Shown: piece after piece, positions 10,595 to 23,807 of the stretch
Position numbering within the stretch: position 1 is the stretch's first letter
How the letters are laid out: every line of letters starts with the position of its first letter
Origin: a virus
Taxonomy: Duplodnaviria; Caudoviricetes
Virus record (IMG/VR): IMGVR_UViG_3300035505_000178
Length of the DNA stretch: 64,000 nt
Reading direction: 5' to 3' (one strand)
Position numbers and translations under genes: made by a program
The notes under the pieces: generated by a model
Databases searched by the model: none
Told to the model about the DNA's origin: nothing
What the model saw: only the letters and a program-made list of their open reading frames with translations

Positions 10595-13398
10595 AATTTC
10601 ATTATAAATATTAAAGCGTAATAACTAGGTTCTGGACTTTGTACTTCTTGTTCACTATAAGTAACAGCATGTGATAATTTTATCTCACTTGCCTCATCTA
10701 AAAGTACATATCCTATTTTATATTTCTCTTTTATTTCTTCTACTTCTTTTTCTGATAAATCCTTACTTAATACATTATCAAGATCAAATTTATATTTAAA
10801 TACATTTGATGTAACACTAATGTAATCATCAGGAAGATTGTATTTTCCTGCAGTTTCTGGATAAACTCCTATCTAATATTTATCCTCTTCATTTTTAACT
10901 GCGCCTTTAATGAAACTACCTTGTAAATCAGGAGTTCCATTTTTTCCATTACAAACAACCCAACCAGTAGGTATTTCCTGACTTGTCCACATTAATATAA
11001 CTCCAGAAGGTAATTCAATTACTGAATCTGATGTTATATAAATTTCCCAAGTCTCATCATCGTTTTCAATTACATATACCTGAGTTGGTTCAAAACTACT
11101 CAAACTAGCTTTATAAGAAGCTGTAGTATCTGTTACAACATTATTAATTTTTGTATTAAAATTACAATTATTATAATCGGATTGTTTTAATACACTAGTT
11201 CCATTAGTTACTTCCTTATTAAATGTACATCCATCAAGATTTTTTTCAACAGTAGTATTACTTAATATATTCTTAAATGTTGTATTCTCTATAGTAGATT
11301 TTATTACAACATCTGATATTTCTCCGTAGAATGTATCAAAACTTAAAATTCCACTTGTTAAAGTTAAAGAAGTTAATTTCTTATAGAAAGTACAATTTTC
11401 AATTGTTCCAGGACCTTTTAATTGATAAACATCCTAATTAAAAGTACTCATATTTACAATTATACTTTCAGAATCCTCTAAAAAAGTAAGAAAAGCACTA
11501 TCCTATATTTCTGTAGTTTTTATTAATCCTGTTAATTTTGTGAATGTTGTGTTGGCAATACTCGAACTTTCAATTGTTAATCCAGTTAGAGATCCAGTAA
11601 CATTATTAATAATTCCTTCTGTAATCTTTCCATCTAATTTAATAAATGTACTTTCTGATAAAGTACTATCTTTTAATTCAATGTTAGAATCAGTTGAATT
11701 ACAATTTATAATGCTACTATTTATTAGTGTCGTGTTAATTGTTTTGTCAAATATAGACTCTGATATTTTAGATGTCGCATCTAATATTAGAGTGCATTTT
11801 TCTTTGAACTCACTATTTATTATTTGTCCGAATACATCAAGTTTACTTATAGTATTAAAAGTACTTCCTTCTAATGTTCCTACAAATCCTACTGTTTCAT
11901 CTTCTTCATCTTTCTCAAATATTAAATTCTGTTTAAATGTACATCCGTCAATTTTACCAGTTGTTGATTTAGATAAATTAACAATCTGTTCATACAAAGT
12001 ATTATTTGAAAATGAATTTAAATATTGAAGAATAAGAGAACTATTCCAATTAAGAAATGTATTTCCAGAATAACTTTCAAGAAATATTAAATAATTACTT
12101 CCTCCATTTACATTACAAGTAATTGTACTAAGAGAAGGACTATTTAATGTTATACTATTATTCTAAACATTATTTGAAGCATCTAAATAGTAAGTATATG
12201 CTTTTCCGTTATAATATCGTGTTTCTGTTAAATTAATGTCTGAGAATGTATGATATATTTCACGAGTATCATTATCTTCTATTACAAAGACTAAATTCTT
12301 AAAATCGTAATTAGCTTCATTTCCATTCTCATCTTTTAAATATGAAATCCATCCTTTTGCAAAACCTTCTCTAGTAACAGTAGATTCAGCGTATTCATTA
12401 TTAAATTCCCAATCAGATCCATTCCATATATAATATTCTTTATTTTCTTCTGTAACAAAACAGGTGTAAGGACAATCAATTTGATAATGTAAAGTCCATT
12501 GAGGATTATCTTTATAATAAGCCTCTTCATATAAAGTATTAACTGATTTAGCAGTAACTACTATAGGTTTTACATTCGTTTTCTGTCCCTAATCAATGTT
12601 ATCTTCTGTATAAATGTTATAAGTTATTTCCCAGATATTCTAAAAATCTGTAATGATATATTGTTCTTTCGGAGATAAAGCATTTTCATTTATTTTAGAA
12701 ATTAACTAGTCATAAGTTAAACTAGTTCCTTTTAAATAATTGATTTTATCTCGAAGATTAATTACATCAATATCTAATACAGATTGTTCATTACTATCAA
12801 TGTAAAGTTTATATCCAGTATCACTTGAATATGTTTTATTTTTAAGATAATAATTATTCGGAAATACCAAATTAGCTGTTGGAATAAGATCATTCTATGC
12901 TTCTAATTTAACAATATTATTATATTTTAATGTTGAAACATCACCTTGAGAAGCATTAGAATTTACAACTAATTCTGAAATTGTTCCATTTAAACAGGTA
13001 TATATTTTACCTTCGTCAAGAACAAAAGCAATTCCATTTTGAATTGTAATATCATTTTTATTTTGACAAATTAATCCAATATTATTTAAAGCTTGTTCTT
13101 GCTGTTCTTGAGTTAATTCTTGCTAGTCAGTATAAGAAACATATCCTTCTACATTTGAAGATAATATATATTCTTGTCCATTATAATATAAATAGATTGT
13201 TTCTTCATCTACATAAATTCCATCTTTAGAAAATTCTTTTCCTTCAAAGATAAAATCAGAATTAACATTTATTTTTCCATTTTTTATTAAATCTATGAAT
13301 TTATTTCCATATTGAAATTTTATCCCACCTAAATTCTAAAGAAGTAAAGGTCTTGTAGATGCTCCGACTGCTTCGTAATTAACTCCTCCTACATTCAT
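10591..13398 (-). CDS. tail fibre/spike-like protein with beta-helix-like repeats and tail-collar domain, 935 aa (TAG=Gln)
   Basis: joins track ORFs 11503-11997 and 10873-11103; LPSGVILMWTSQEIPTGWVVCNGKNGTPDLQGSFIKG is a tail-collar motif. Confidence 0.7.
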
Positions 13399-13787
13399 AA
13401 ATTAAGAATTTGTTTACGATTTCTATCAGAATAACTTATATGAACCCAGCTATAATTACTTTCGTTAATTAACTAATCAAAAGGGAGACTTTTAGCAAGT
13501 TCAAAAAGTTTCTTATTTTCATCTTTACTTTTACCTGTAATATCAGCAGCTTCACCAGTTAAATGCTAACTGTTGCTAACTCCACCTACAGCTTTATTTA
13601 ATGCAGGACATCTATACCCACTATTAACTGTAATTGGTTTACCATATAATTCTCTTAGTGGGTCTAATACATTTTCAATAAGAGCTTCAAGTTTATTTTC
13701 AATCTCTTTTGTTGGAGTATTAGATATTTTTTTCTTAGTAGCAACACTACTCTTAGTCAATTCTTTAATTGTAAAATATTTTCCCAT
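13395..13787 (-). CDS. endolysin, peptidase M15 family, 130 aa (TAG=Gln)
   Basis: SGYRCPALNKAVGGVSNS(Q)HLTGEAADI...FD(Q)LINE...WVHIS Zn-peptidase motifs. Confidence 0.9.
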
Positions 13788-13848
13788 TTAAATATTGTTT
13801 TGTTTAATTATACAATTAATATTATCTAAGTAATTTTTCTAAAAATAA

Positions 13849-13888
13849 AAAAGGGAAAATTCCCAAAATCTCTGAGAACTTTCCCTTA
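13849..13888 (-). terminator. intrinsic terminator
   Basis: AAGGGAAAGTTCTCAGA...TTTGGGAATTTTCCCTT plus T run on minus strand. Confidence 0.6.
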
Positions 13889-13891
13889 TAA

Positions 13892-14302
13892 TTATACAAA
13901 CTCTGACCAATCAATGATGATACCATTGCCAACCATTGTTGCGTACCATCTTCTCATTGTAGTTCCTTCTGCTGCATCTTCATCATCAATAGTATCTTTT
14001 ATATAAAGAGCAAAATGATGTTCATCATCTATACTACTATGATAATAATCTGCTTTACACATGTTAGCAACAAACACATAATCCCAACCTACATTATGAG
14101 TTAATTCAATATCATATTTAGATAATAATTTATCAACAAATTCTTTAGTTATAGGTTCAATATGTTTATCACCTTTGATCATCCCTGAAACTGCAAATTC
14201 ACACAGTTCTTTATTAAAATGCCATCCGTAATGCTAGAGATATTTTCTCATACATTTTGGAAATTCATCATAAATATCTAGAGGCAAGTTTCTTGTAGTC
14301 AT
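13892..14302 (-). CDS. conserved hypothetical protein, 136 aa (TAG=Gln)
   Basis: MTTRNLPLDIYDEFPKCMRKYL(Q)HYGWHFNK...YVANMCKADY-like motif; extends track ORF 13892-14182. Confidence 0.7.
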
Positions 14303-14420
14303 CTTCTTTCGCGTCTTTTAATTCCTCTAAACATTGCATCAACTTACATCCGTGTTTTAATATTTCTTTAACATGTTCGGATATTTTGTCTACTTCTGTT
14401 ACTTCTACTATTGTTGACAT
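14268..14420 (-). CDS. small hypothetical protein, 50 aa
   Basis: MSTIVEVTEVDKISEHVKEILKHGCKLMQCLEEL...; overlaps both neighbours. Confidence 0.5.
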   Translation of the reverse strand: MSTIVEVTEVDKISEHVKEILKHGCKLMQCLEELKDAKEDDYKKLASRYL

Positions 14421-14851
14421 GCTATAAAATCTTTAAACATTTTCTTCAATTCATTTATCTCATTTCTCAATTCTTCTTCCTATCTCTATTTTTCAGCTAT
14501 TTCAGGATTTAAGGATTTAAGAATATCATCACATCCTTTCACTATATTTTTATGCTATTCAACACTATCAATTATATCTAAACTTCTTTGTCGCATAGAT
14601 CTAATTTCATTATTCATAGCTTCCTTAGATGATGCAATAACAGTATTATTCCCAAAATCTGCTATTTCGCTATTTGCAGGAATTTTCTAAAAAGTAGTAG
14701 GGGTTCCATTTACATCTGCCTAAATATCTACTGTGTTATTATACATATACTAAGGAATTGGAATATTAGTTACTTTACCTATTTCCAATGTAGGAGTAGT
14801 ATCCTTATGTAATATGTAAATTTGATGATTTACTCTTAAATTCTAAAACAT
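14399..14851 (-). CDS. conserved hypothetical protein, 150 aa (TAG=Gln)
   Basis: MF(Q)NLRVNHQIYILHKD...; open only with TAG read-through. Confidence 0.65.
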
Positions 14852-14852
14852 A

Positions 14853-15185
14853 TTAAATTCCTGTTAATATTTGTAATAAATTTGATTCTGAATCATAGAA
14901 TGCAAGGTAAATTCCTTCCTAAGTTAAATCTGCAGCAGTTACTGCGACTCCACCTAAATTAGTTAAAGCTTGACTTCTGGTACTAGAAGAAAATACAACT
15001 GGTAAAGTTCCAGTAGTTCCAGAAGGAATTGCTGACAATTTAAATGCTATTAAACCACTAAACGGAGTCTAGAACAAAGGATGTGATTTAAAATTAAATG
15101 TAACTTCAGTTGTACTTACACTAATTCCAATATCCTCTAATCTAGGAATACCTTGTCTATTTGCTAAATAGATCGGATTAATCAT
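14853..15185 (-). CDS. hypothetical protein, 110 aa (TAG=Gln)
   Basis: MINPIYLANRQGIPRLE...; ATGA overlap with upstream gene. Confidence 0.65.
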
Positions 15186-16132
15186 CCCCAAAGTCCATAA
15201 TTAGTACCATATAATTGGTAAGCAATATAATTAGGTACTGCTGTTACAGGACTATAAGGTACAGTTGTTGTAGAAGGCAATTTACTCTGTATGTTTTGAA
15301 CATCACTAGTTAAAGCTGATAAACTCTAAGCAAGAGGAGTTACTGCCTGACCTAACATCTAATTGAATAAAGCACTCTGTTGAGCATTGTTGATAACCAC
15401 AGCTTGTTGACTATTCTTTTCTTGAAGTGTAGCAATCTTATCAATAAGACTCTGATTCTACATTTCATTAAGTTTAGTAATAATTGCTTCTGTAGTTGCA
15501 ACAGAAGAATCTTTAATTGTATTCTATAATGAACAAGTCTATTGCTGAGTATTAAAATTAGTATTACAGAAACCAGTCTAAATCTGATTACCAACACTAT
15601 TAATGTTATTTGCAATCTGATAAGTCTGTCTTTCATTAGCTAATTGATTCTGATAACCTTGTTCAATTATAGCTTTTTGGGTCTAGCAGCAACAACTCTG
15701 TAAAGCTGATGTAAGTGCTGCATCACCTGAGTTTATAGCATTAATAATTCTTTCAGAACTGAATCCTAACTGTCCACCTAATTGTTGTATTCCAGATGAT
15801 ACAGATTGTACAGCTGAGTTAAGAGTATTAAAGTTACATCCCATTCTATCTGCAGCTTGTTGAATGGCTTGAGTATTGCCGTTAATACCTGCCATTATAA
15901 GATCTGAATTTTGATTATCTTGCATTTGTTCTTGGAGTGTCTGAAGCTGACGTGAAAAATCCTAACCTTGAGCATTGTCTCCACCAAAGAATCCACCTTG
16001 ACGGAAAATTGCTAACCAGATTAAGTACATGAAAGGATTATTCCACATACCGTTCATACCTCCATTTGCTGCCATCATAGAAAGAAGATTATTATTCTCT
16101 CCTGGCATTTCATAGATTTTAGTTTCACTCAT
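15182..16132 (-). CDS. Gly/Asn/Gln-rich membrane-anchored coiled-coil protein with CCC motif, 316 aa (TAG=Gln)
   Basis: MSETKIYEMPG...WNNPFMYLIWLAIF...LQSCCC(Q)TQKAI; in frame with track ORF 15683-15925. Confidence 0.7.
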
Positions 16133-16214
16133 AATTAAATACGTTTAAAAGTTATATTCCGGAACTAAACAATATTACTCTTGAAATATATAAATTATGA
16201 ATGTTACTAAAAAT

Positions 16215-16280
16215 AAAAACGGAAGTTTTAAATAGCTAATTTACGTTGAATAACATTAACTATCTAAAACTCCCGTTTTT
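16215..16280 (-). promoter_or_regulatory. 26-bp RNA hairpin (terminator or structured element)
   Basis: AAAAACGGGAGTTTTAGATAGTTAAT pairs with ATTAGCTATTTAAAACTTCCGTTTTT; all three imperfect pairs are G-U on the minus strand. Confidence 0.6.
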
Positions 16281-16288
16281 AGAATTTA

Positions 16289-16582
16289 TTACTTTGACAA
16301 TAAAAATAAATCTAAATCTGATTTATTCCAATGTTTTTCTTTGAATCCTTCTTGTTTTACTCCTTGAGGTATTAATCCCTATCTTACATAATTATCAAAA
16401 GTAGCTCTGCTAACTCCTAAATAATCACAAGATTGAACTTTACTCATATAATGATCTGGATCTGTGATGTCAGATAAAATTGAAAGTAATTTACGCTCAT
16501 TCTCATAAGTTACATTGCAATTACCTGAGTCAATGTTGTTAATACATTGCTAAAGCAACTGTTTTATTAAAGACTCTATCAT
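16289..16582 (-). CDS. helix-turn-helix (excisionase/AlpA-like) DNA-binding protein, 97 aa (TAG=Gln)
   Basis: MSKVQSCDYLGVSRATFDNYVR(Q)GLIPQG...W HTH pattern. Confidence 0.7.
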
Positions 16583-16841
16583 ACAGAAAGTAAATAAGTA
16601 CTATTAATAAAATTAAATAACTATAAGAAGGAAATATATTTGCTATAAATATGTAGTATATCGGTATTCTGTGCCAGTAACAGTAGTTAAAGGCGAAAGA
16701 GCAAATATATAAGAATAACATCATTAATACATCGGAAACACTATCCAAAATTCCGTGCGATGATGTTATCTCATATATTGCTAAAATATAAGGGAGATAT
16801 TTACAATACACTAAAAAGAGTTTGTAATTATCTCTTTTCAT
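16539..16841 (-). CDS. small membrane protein
   Basis: track ORF with several hydrophobic segments. Confidence 0.6.
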   Translation of the reverse strand: MKRDNYKLFLVYCKYLPYILAIYEITSSHGILDSVSDVLMMLFLYICSFAFNYCYWHRIPIYYIFIANIFPSYSYLILLIVLIYFLYDRVFNKTVALAMY

Positions 16842-16843
16842 TT

Positions 16844-17095
16844 TTAAATTTTAGTTAAAACCTCACTTGCAGAAGACTTTGCAATCTCTACAAACTTTTC
16901 TTCATTATCTTTATTAATACTGTAGTTAACATTAAGTCTATCATTAGAATCAACATTAATGTTATAATAGCCATCCATAAATGTAAGACTTACAGAAGTT
17001 GTATCGTTTCCCTTAGTTGCAGAACCGTTGATTACAGTTCCGTCTTCCAGTGTATCTGAAACATTAAATGTTTCGTTTTGCTTAGTTATTTCCAT
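16844..17095 (-). CDS. hypothetical protein, 83 aa
   Basis: track ORF, operon-coupled. Confidence 0.65.
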   Translation of the reverse strand: MEITKQNETFNVSDTLEDGTVINGSATKGNDTTSVSLTFMDGYYNINVDSNDRLNVNYSINKDNEEKFVEIAKSSASEVLTKI

Positions 17096-17549
17096 CGTTT
17101 ACAAATAAAGTATAAAATGCTTCCATGAAATCTGTTGCCTTAATGGTATTTCCATTAATTGTTACATCTTTCTCTGAATTAAGATCGAGAATATCAGCAT
17201 ACTCATCTTCTGTAAATGAATCGTCGCCTGAATAAGAAGTTACCTCCTCAGTACCACGTTGATTAGCATACTCATAAAAATCTTCATTCAGTTTATCTTG
17301 CATCTTAACGAGAAGTTCATTCTCTTCATTAGATCTATCTGCTTTATTGTATAACTCATCATAATTTGATGGTTTTACACCTGATATAAATTCCTGAACA
17401 TCTTTATCATAATCAGATCTAACTTTATTGAGAGCGATTCGCATTCGCATAATCTTTACTTTTAGTGCTTTGTTAAGCTCTTTCTCCCCATCTTTAAGAA
17501 CAAGAGATGTGACTAAATTACCTTTAGTCAAAAGTTCATTCAACGTCAT
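17082..17549 (-). CDS. hypothetical protein, 155 aa (possible fibre chaperone)
   Basis: track ORF following the tail fibre gene. Confidence 0.65.
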   Translation of the reverse strand: MTLNELLTKGNLVTSLVLKDGEKELNKALKVKIMRMRIALNKVRSDYDKDVQEFISGVKPSNYDELYNKADRSNEENELLVKMQDKLNEDFYEYANQRGTEEVTSYSGDDSFTEDEYADILDLNSEKDVTINGNTIKATDFMEAFYTLFVNDGNN

Positions 17550-17570
17550 TTGCCTTTAATTTTTTGTTAC

Positions 17571-17640
17571 ATACAATAGTATCATTAAATCCTGAATACT
17601 CCAAGTTAAAATTGTTTAAATTTTGTTAAAAAATGTTAAC
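17571..17640 (-). promoter_or_regulatory. Bacteroidota-type promoter with upstream TTAACA repeats
   Basis: CTTG-20 nt-TACTATTG, resembling TTTG-N19-21-TAnnTTTG; same architecture at 53249-53308. Confidence 0.55.
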
Positions 17641-20600
17641 TGGTAAAAGTACCCATTACTATAAATGAAGTCTAAAAATACCCGCTAATCATATTAGCAT
17701 TATTACAAAATGTACCATATGTCCAAACATATCCATTTGAAGTAAGTCCTATACTAGCTGAACGGTTATTAGAGTTACCTGAATCTTCTGAATCTACTAT
17801 GTTTACTGCTGGATAATAAATAGATATAGGTAAAGCTAAAGTACTCTAATATTTTGTAGTACGTGCAAATGCACTCTTACTAATCCGTAGAATAATTAAT
17901 AATATAGTATAAGAAATATCAATTGTTAAAAATGTCTTAGAGCTCTAAACACTTAATTCAATAATTCTATACGTACAACCTGTATTGTTAATTGTAACAA
18001 TTCCATCCACAGAACGACCTCCTGTTGCGTATTTATTAAAACCACTTAAATACGTAAAACCTGTCCAATTCCAATACGAATATGATTTATTCCAATAATA
18101 ACTAGATGATCCTAAATCATAAGAGCTTCCACTTGAAGGAATTATATCACGAGAGTTAATAGTGCCAAACATAGTACCTCCACCCAACGGTAAATAAGAT
18201 CCCGTTATAAATCCACTATCATTGGTTAAATGACTAGTTTTAGTAGGAATATAAATAGTTTTAGCAGCACTATTAGGAGTATAACTACCTGCACTAAATG
18301 ATCCTGCACTACATGTAAGGGTATATATTGTTTGGTGAGCAGTTAATACTTTAGAACCTCCTGAATATAAATAACCACCACTTGCGTAACAACTAGCATT
18401 ACTGTAAGTTTTTATTCCATCTGTTTGAGAAGTTGCTCCAACAAGATATATAGTAGAAGTTGTATTACTAGCACCAGCAGTGTTAAGAGTATTAGTATTT
18501 GGATTAGAAGGCATTGTAACTGTAAGGGCTACACCACCAACTGTTCCAATAGTACTTGTAGTACCCCAAGATAACGTAGAAGCATTGTTAGAAAATGAAT
18601 AAGTGGTATTAGTATAAGAACTATTAATTGTGACATTTCCACTTGAATCTCCACTTATAGTTACATTAGATCCAGCTTTAATATTTAAAGTTCTAGCAGT
18701 ACTTCCATCAAATGTCCAATAACTAGTTCCATTAACTTGAAGTGTCTAAGATTGAGAAGTATATCCTGAATATGTTGCATATGAAGCAGAACCTGCACTA
18801 CTTGCGTAATTAACACTAAAGTTAGAAGGATTCCAAACATAAATATTAGTTCCATCATTACTACCCCATAACCATGTTGGTTGTCCAGATTGTCCAGACC
18901 AGTTAAATGTCATTGGATAACTAAGATTTCCTCCTCTAGCTAATGTCTTAGCCTCACTAGCATATTGGAAATTACCATAAGCCCAACCATCAGCCATGTT
19001 AAAATACCAACCATAATCATATCCATTGGAAGTTCTAGATGTAGTAGAACCAATTATGTATAATGAACTACCTAATACACCTAAACTAAAATATTTACCA
19101 CTACTTGTATTAGCTCCTCTTAACCAAGGCCAATATGATCCTGTATCAGTAGCATCTGCAACATTATATGCTCCACTGCCCTATAAACCTGCTAACCAAC
19201 TACAAGCAGAAGAAGCAGATAATAATTTATTTGGAGTATATACAGTATGTCCAGAAATTTGAATGTAGGTTCCAGTAGAATAAACATAATCTCCGTAACT
19301 AGCATTATACCATCCAGTTGCTCCGTTACTTCTAAACCAATTGCTACAACTTATAGAATTAGTTTCACCACTGTCATATCCAGTCCATATACGTCCACCA
19401 GCCTAAATAACAGCACTACAATAAAAAGATTTACTGTTAAATGTTCTAACCCAAGTAGAATCTGTCATGTAAATACCTCCTCCATAGGTTTCACTATACC
19501 AGCCAGCAGAACCATAAGTTCTTACCCATGATGCACAATAGAAAGAGGCTGCATTAAGAGCATAGCTGCTTGCAGTAGTATTACCTACAGTCCAACCATT
19601 AGAATGTCCCCAAAGTCTTGGGCTTTGAGCTGTTGATGAAGCATTCTTATTAATATAGAAGTTTCCATCATTATTATGAATAGACCAAGATTTGGTAGAA
19701 GTACCAGTATCAGCTGATAAATCAGTACCGCCTAAAAGGATAGTAGTCCAACTATTATAAGGTTTAATTCTAATACCTTCACAATAATTGCCAGTGTTAG
19801 CCGTTATTTTAAGTAATCCATCTACGTTTGCACTACCATTGAAGCTTTGACCCCAGATAGTTCTGGCTGTAGCAAGAGTAGTAGCTGTTGTAGCTGTAGT
19901 AGCATTTCCGCTTAATGCTCCTGTAAATGTGGTAGCATAAACATTACTCCATACATAACTACTACTACCTAAAGTATAGGTGTTAGTAGTTTTAGGAATT
20001 ATATTCATTGAACTAATTCCACCTGTCATAGTACCTCCACTTAAAGGAAGATAACTCAAACTTGGAATATCACTTGCTGTAAGAGTTTTAGATGTTACAC
20101 CAGTAACGTGTCCTAGTGTATTAACTGTAATTCCTGATAATACTAAACCATTAGCATTAGTAACACTAATAGCACTTTGTGTAGGATGAGTATATACGGT
20201 ATTAGTAGAACTAATAGTAAGATTACCACTCGCATCCGATGTAACAGTAGTTGCTCCAGATCCTATAATCTTATGAGAATTTCTAACAGCTCCATTTTCT
20301 ACAAGATTTAAATAAACATTACCGTTAGTCAGAGCGGCAGAAGTATTTGCTGTACTTGTGGTTGCATTATTTACAATTAAATAACTAGACCAATGAGTAT
20401 CTGTATTAGGATTAGCAGGCATTGTTATATAGAATGTTGTTCCGCCTATTGTTCCTATAGTAGATTTAGTACTCCAATCTAATGTAGGATTATTTGCAGT
20501 AAAAGTGTAAGTAGTATTTGACCAAGGTACATTAACAAAACCTCGACCATTACTATCCATTTCTAAAGCGTAGTATCTACCAGCTGTAGTACTAATACCA

Positions 20601-22630
20601 TTAACTGCAACCGCTGTAGCATTACTACCTGCTGTTGGACCAGTAGATGCAGCTGTGTGGTTATACCAAGGCTTAATTAAACCTAAATAAGTATTAGTTG
20701 CTACGGAATATGTAGTGTTATTATCTGCTGGTAAAGTATAAGTGATATAACCTCCAGCTGTTATGTGTCCGTAAGAATCGACTTTATAATTAGGAACTAT
20801 AAATGTTCCGCTGTGAGATAATGTTGCATTAGCTGTTGGACCATACGTATTAGCAGTTACACCACTTGTATTATGATTAAATGTAGTACTTGATAAAGTT
20901 AAATAATTTCCTGCTGTGTAAGTAGTATTAGTATTCGTACTACTTATAGTGATTACTCCATTAGCATCACTTGTCACAGTAGTTGCACCTGTACCTTTTA
21001 TAAGATGAGCAGATTTTATAGATCCTGCTTCAATATGATTTAAATAAACAGCTCCATTACTTGCAGCTGCATTTGCAGTAGCTGTACTACTTGCTCCAAC
21101 TATTGTAGAACTTGCATAATGCGTATCTGTAAACACAGCATCAGAAGGAACAGATTTACTAAGAGTATAACTCATAGCTTTAGGAACTCCACCACTAAAG
21201 TATATACCTTGTGTTGAAGAACCTACACTTCCACTATATTGTTTAATAATTTTTCCTGATGTTCCATTAAACAAAGCAAAATATCCATCTGTAGAACTTG
21301 TTGGACCTACAACAGCTCCATCAATATTTGTCTAAGCTACAGTCCAATGAGCATTATTGATTGCTGTTTGTCCACTAGTTGCATCTGTAATACAAATGAT
21401 CAAATCTCCAACTTCACAAACAACTCCTGCATATGTACCTGCTGTAATTACTCTATAAGTCCAACCTGCAGAATATCCACTTGTAGGAAGTGATGTAATA
21501 GTACCACTTGTACCAATAGTTCCTTTAAATATCATTGCATCATTTGCTGCAAAACTAGCATCTACATAAGTTTTAATATCATAAGAAGTTGTGATACCTA
21601 AATTACTAGAAGATGCGTTAGATATTGAAACGATTTTAGGACTAATAGTTGCTGCCTAATTTGAAGTAGTTATTGTAAAATAGTTAGTATTTCCAGAAGC
21701 TATTGATTTTAAATAATCTGAATGACTATGACTAGCTGTTGCATAAGCTGAAGAATTTGTATAAGCAGCACTTCCTAAACCTTTAACCGAAACCTCAGCA
21801 GAAGTACCATTAGTATCTACAGAGATAGTACCATTTGTTGAACCTGTAGAGATACTACGTACTCCAGAATTATAAAAAGTTGTTCCAGATAATGTCAGAC
21901 CTGTTCCAGCAGAATACGTTGTATTAGTGGAAGTTATAACTAATTTACCTGATTCAGTACTAAATGAAACATTAGTTCCAGGAACTATGTTCAATGTTTT
22001 AGCTGTAGAACCGTCATATGTATATAAATTAGTTCCTTCTACAGTACCTGAATTTATTTTTAAAGTAAGAGCTGTAGGATTCTTTAAGCTTGTAGGTATT
22101 GTAGGATAAGCAGGTAAAGTAACTGTATTTCCACTTACTGGATATGAAGTTGAACCTACAACTACCGTACTAACATAATTATGTGTATGACTGGTGATTG
22201 TACCAGTTAATACAGCTTCAACCATTGCTTTAGTAATAGAAGTTAAAGCTGCAACCCAAGTAGCATCACCTCTCAAAAAATAAGTCTGTTCTCCAGCAGC
22301 AGGAGCAGGTACTAAGCCCGAAGTACCTGCTGCTGAAGATGATGCACCAGTAAAGGTGCTATATGTAGTGTTAGGAGGAGTAACCCAAGTTCCATCCTCC
22401 CTTAAGTATCTATTTGTGCTACCGCTATTATAATTAGGAATAGGTACTAATCCACTCAAGCCACTATCTGTAGAAGTTTGTTTTTGAAATATGCTATAAG
22501 TGGTATCTGTACCTTCTAATTTTACACCTTTAACATATAAACATTTTCCACTAAGATCAAAAATTAGATCTTCGGTGTTAGTAACACCTGTTAAAGGGCT
22601 TTTATCACGTGGATTATAACTTATTCTCAT
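17636..22630 (-). CDS. long tail fibre protein, 1664 aa (TAG=Gln)
   Basis: five track ORFs share one frame; Thr/Ser/Gly-rich, YLRxDxTW, YLPLxGGTM, ARTIWGQSFNGSANV and WxRxxGxxGWY repeats; TAA at 17636. Confidence 0.85.
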
Positions 22631-22634
22631 TTAA

Positions 22635-23807
22635 TTATTCATATTCATAAGCACTAGTACTTACATTGTACCAGCACAATTCAAAACTTAAGTCTTCTGT
22701 ATCTGTAGATAAAGTATGTTTAACACCAATACTGCCACTAGGAACAAAATTTAACTTAGCACTACCAATATCAGTACCATTAATACTAATAGGACGCCAA
22801 GTATTTTCTGCAGCAGGATCATACTTTAACGCATTAATAATGTTCTACGCAGTCAAATAAATATTTCCATCTGAATCAACAGAAATTGTTTTATTAGTAG
22901 AACTTTTATCTATAATTACTCCACCTAAAGTACTGTTAGTTGCTTTACCCAAACTTACTGTAACAGCCGTACTACCATTATAAGTAGTTGCTGTACCAAC
23001 TAATCCAGTTCCAATAGTTAAAGCGTTTGCAACACTAGAAGCTGTACCAACAGATACACTAGAAGAAGTAACCCAAGTAGGAGCAGAACTCTTACCATTA
23101 CTAACTAAAATCTATCCTTGTGTACCACCACTAGTAGGAGCATAAATATTAAAAGTAGTTGATAAATCTGTAGAATAAGTATTAATAGCTACATTATTTA
23201 CATAATGAGTAACATAACCATTAATGTTAGATTCTACAACAGTCCAATAAGTAGAATCATTAAGATCACTACCACTACCATCCTTTATACAAATTAACAA
23301 ATCTCCGTTAGAACATTTCTGTCCTGCAACTGTTTGTGTAGTAGATGATACAAATCTATAAGTATCACCAACCTCACAATTAGTTGGAAATCCAGAAACT
23401 GAACCTACTGAAGTATTAGTCTAAAAGGCACCACCTGTATATTCAATAGTACCCTTGTAACGCATAGCATCATTAGCTGAAAAACTTGCATTTACAAGAG
23501 AATGTACCTACGCAGAATTTAAAATTTTATCAGTAGCTGATACACTATAAGTATCTGCTATAGGAAGATCTGATGTTGTAATTGCTGCCCAAGTATTGTT
23601 ACCTCTTAAGAAATCAGTAGTTTTACCTGTTGACTAACTAACTAAGCCTCTACTAGAAGCAGAGAAAAGCGAGGTAAAATCAGTACCGTGTGTTAATATG
23701 TGTCCATCTTTTGTGAAATAGAGTTTCACATAGTCACTGTCAGACGAGGTTAAGCCAAGTTTACTTTTTATCTCGTCATACGTATTCGCAAAATTAAGTA
23801 TTGCCAT
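22635..23807 (-). CDS. tail fibre-related protein, 390 aa (TAG=Gln)
   Basis: shares the ANDAMx[YF]KGT...GDL[IL]ICI.D...WTV module with the downstream fibre. Confidence 0.7.

Noticed and set aside
17636-18100. Diversity-generating retroelement target at the fibre C-terminus
   Set aside because: No reverse transcriptase or template repeat visible in this window.
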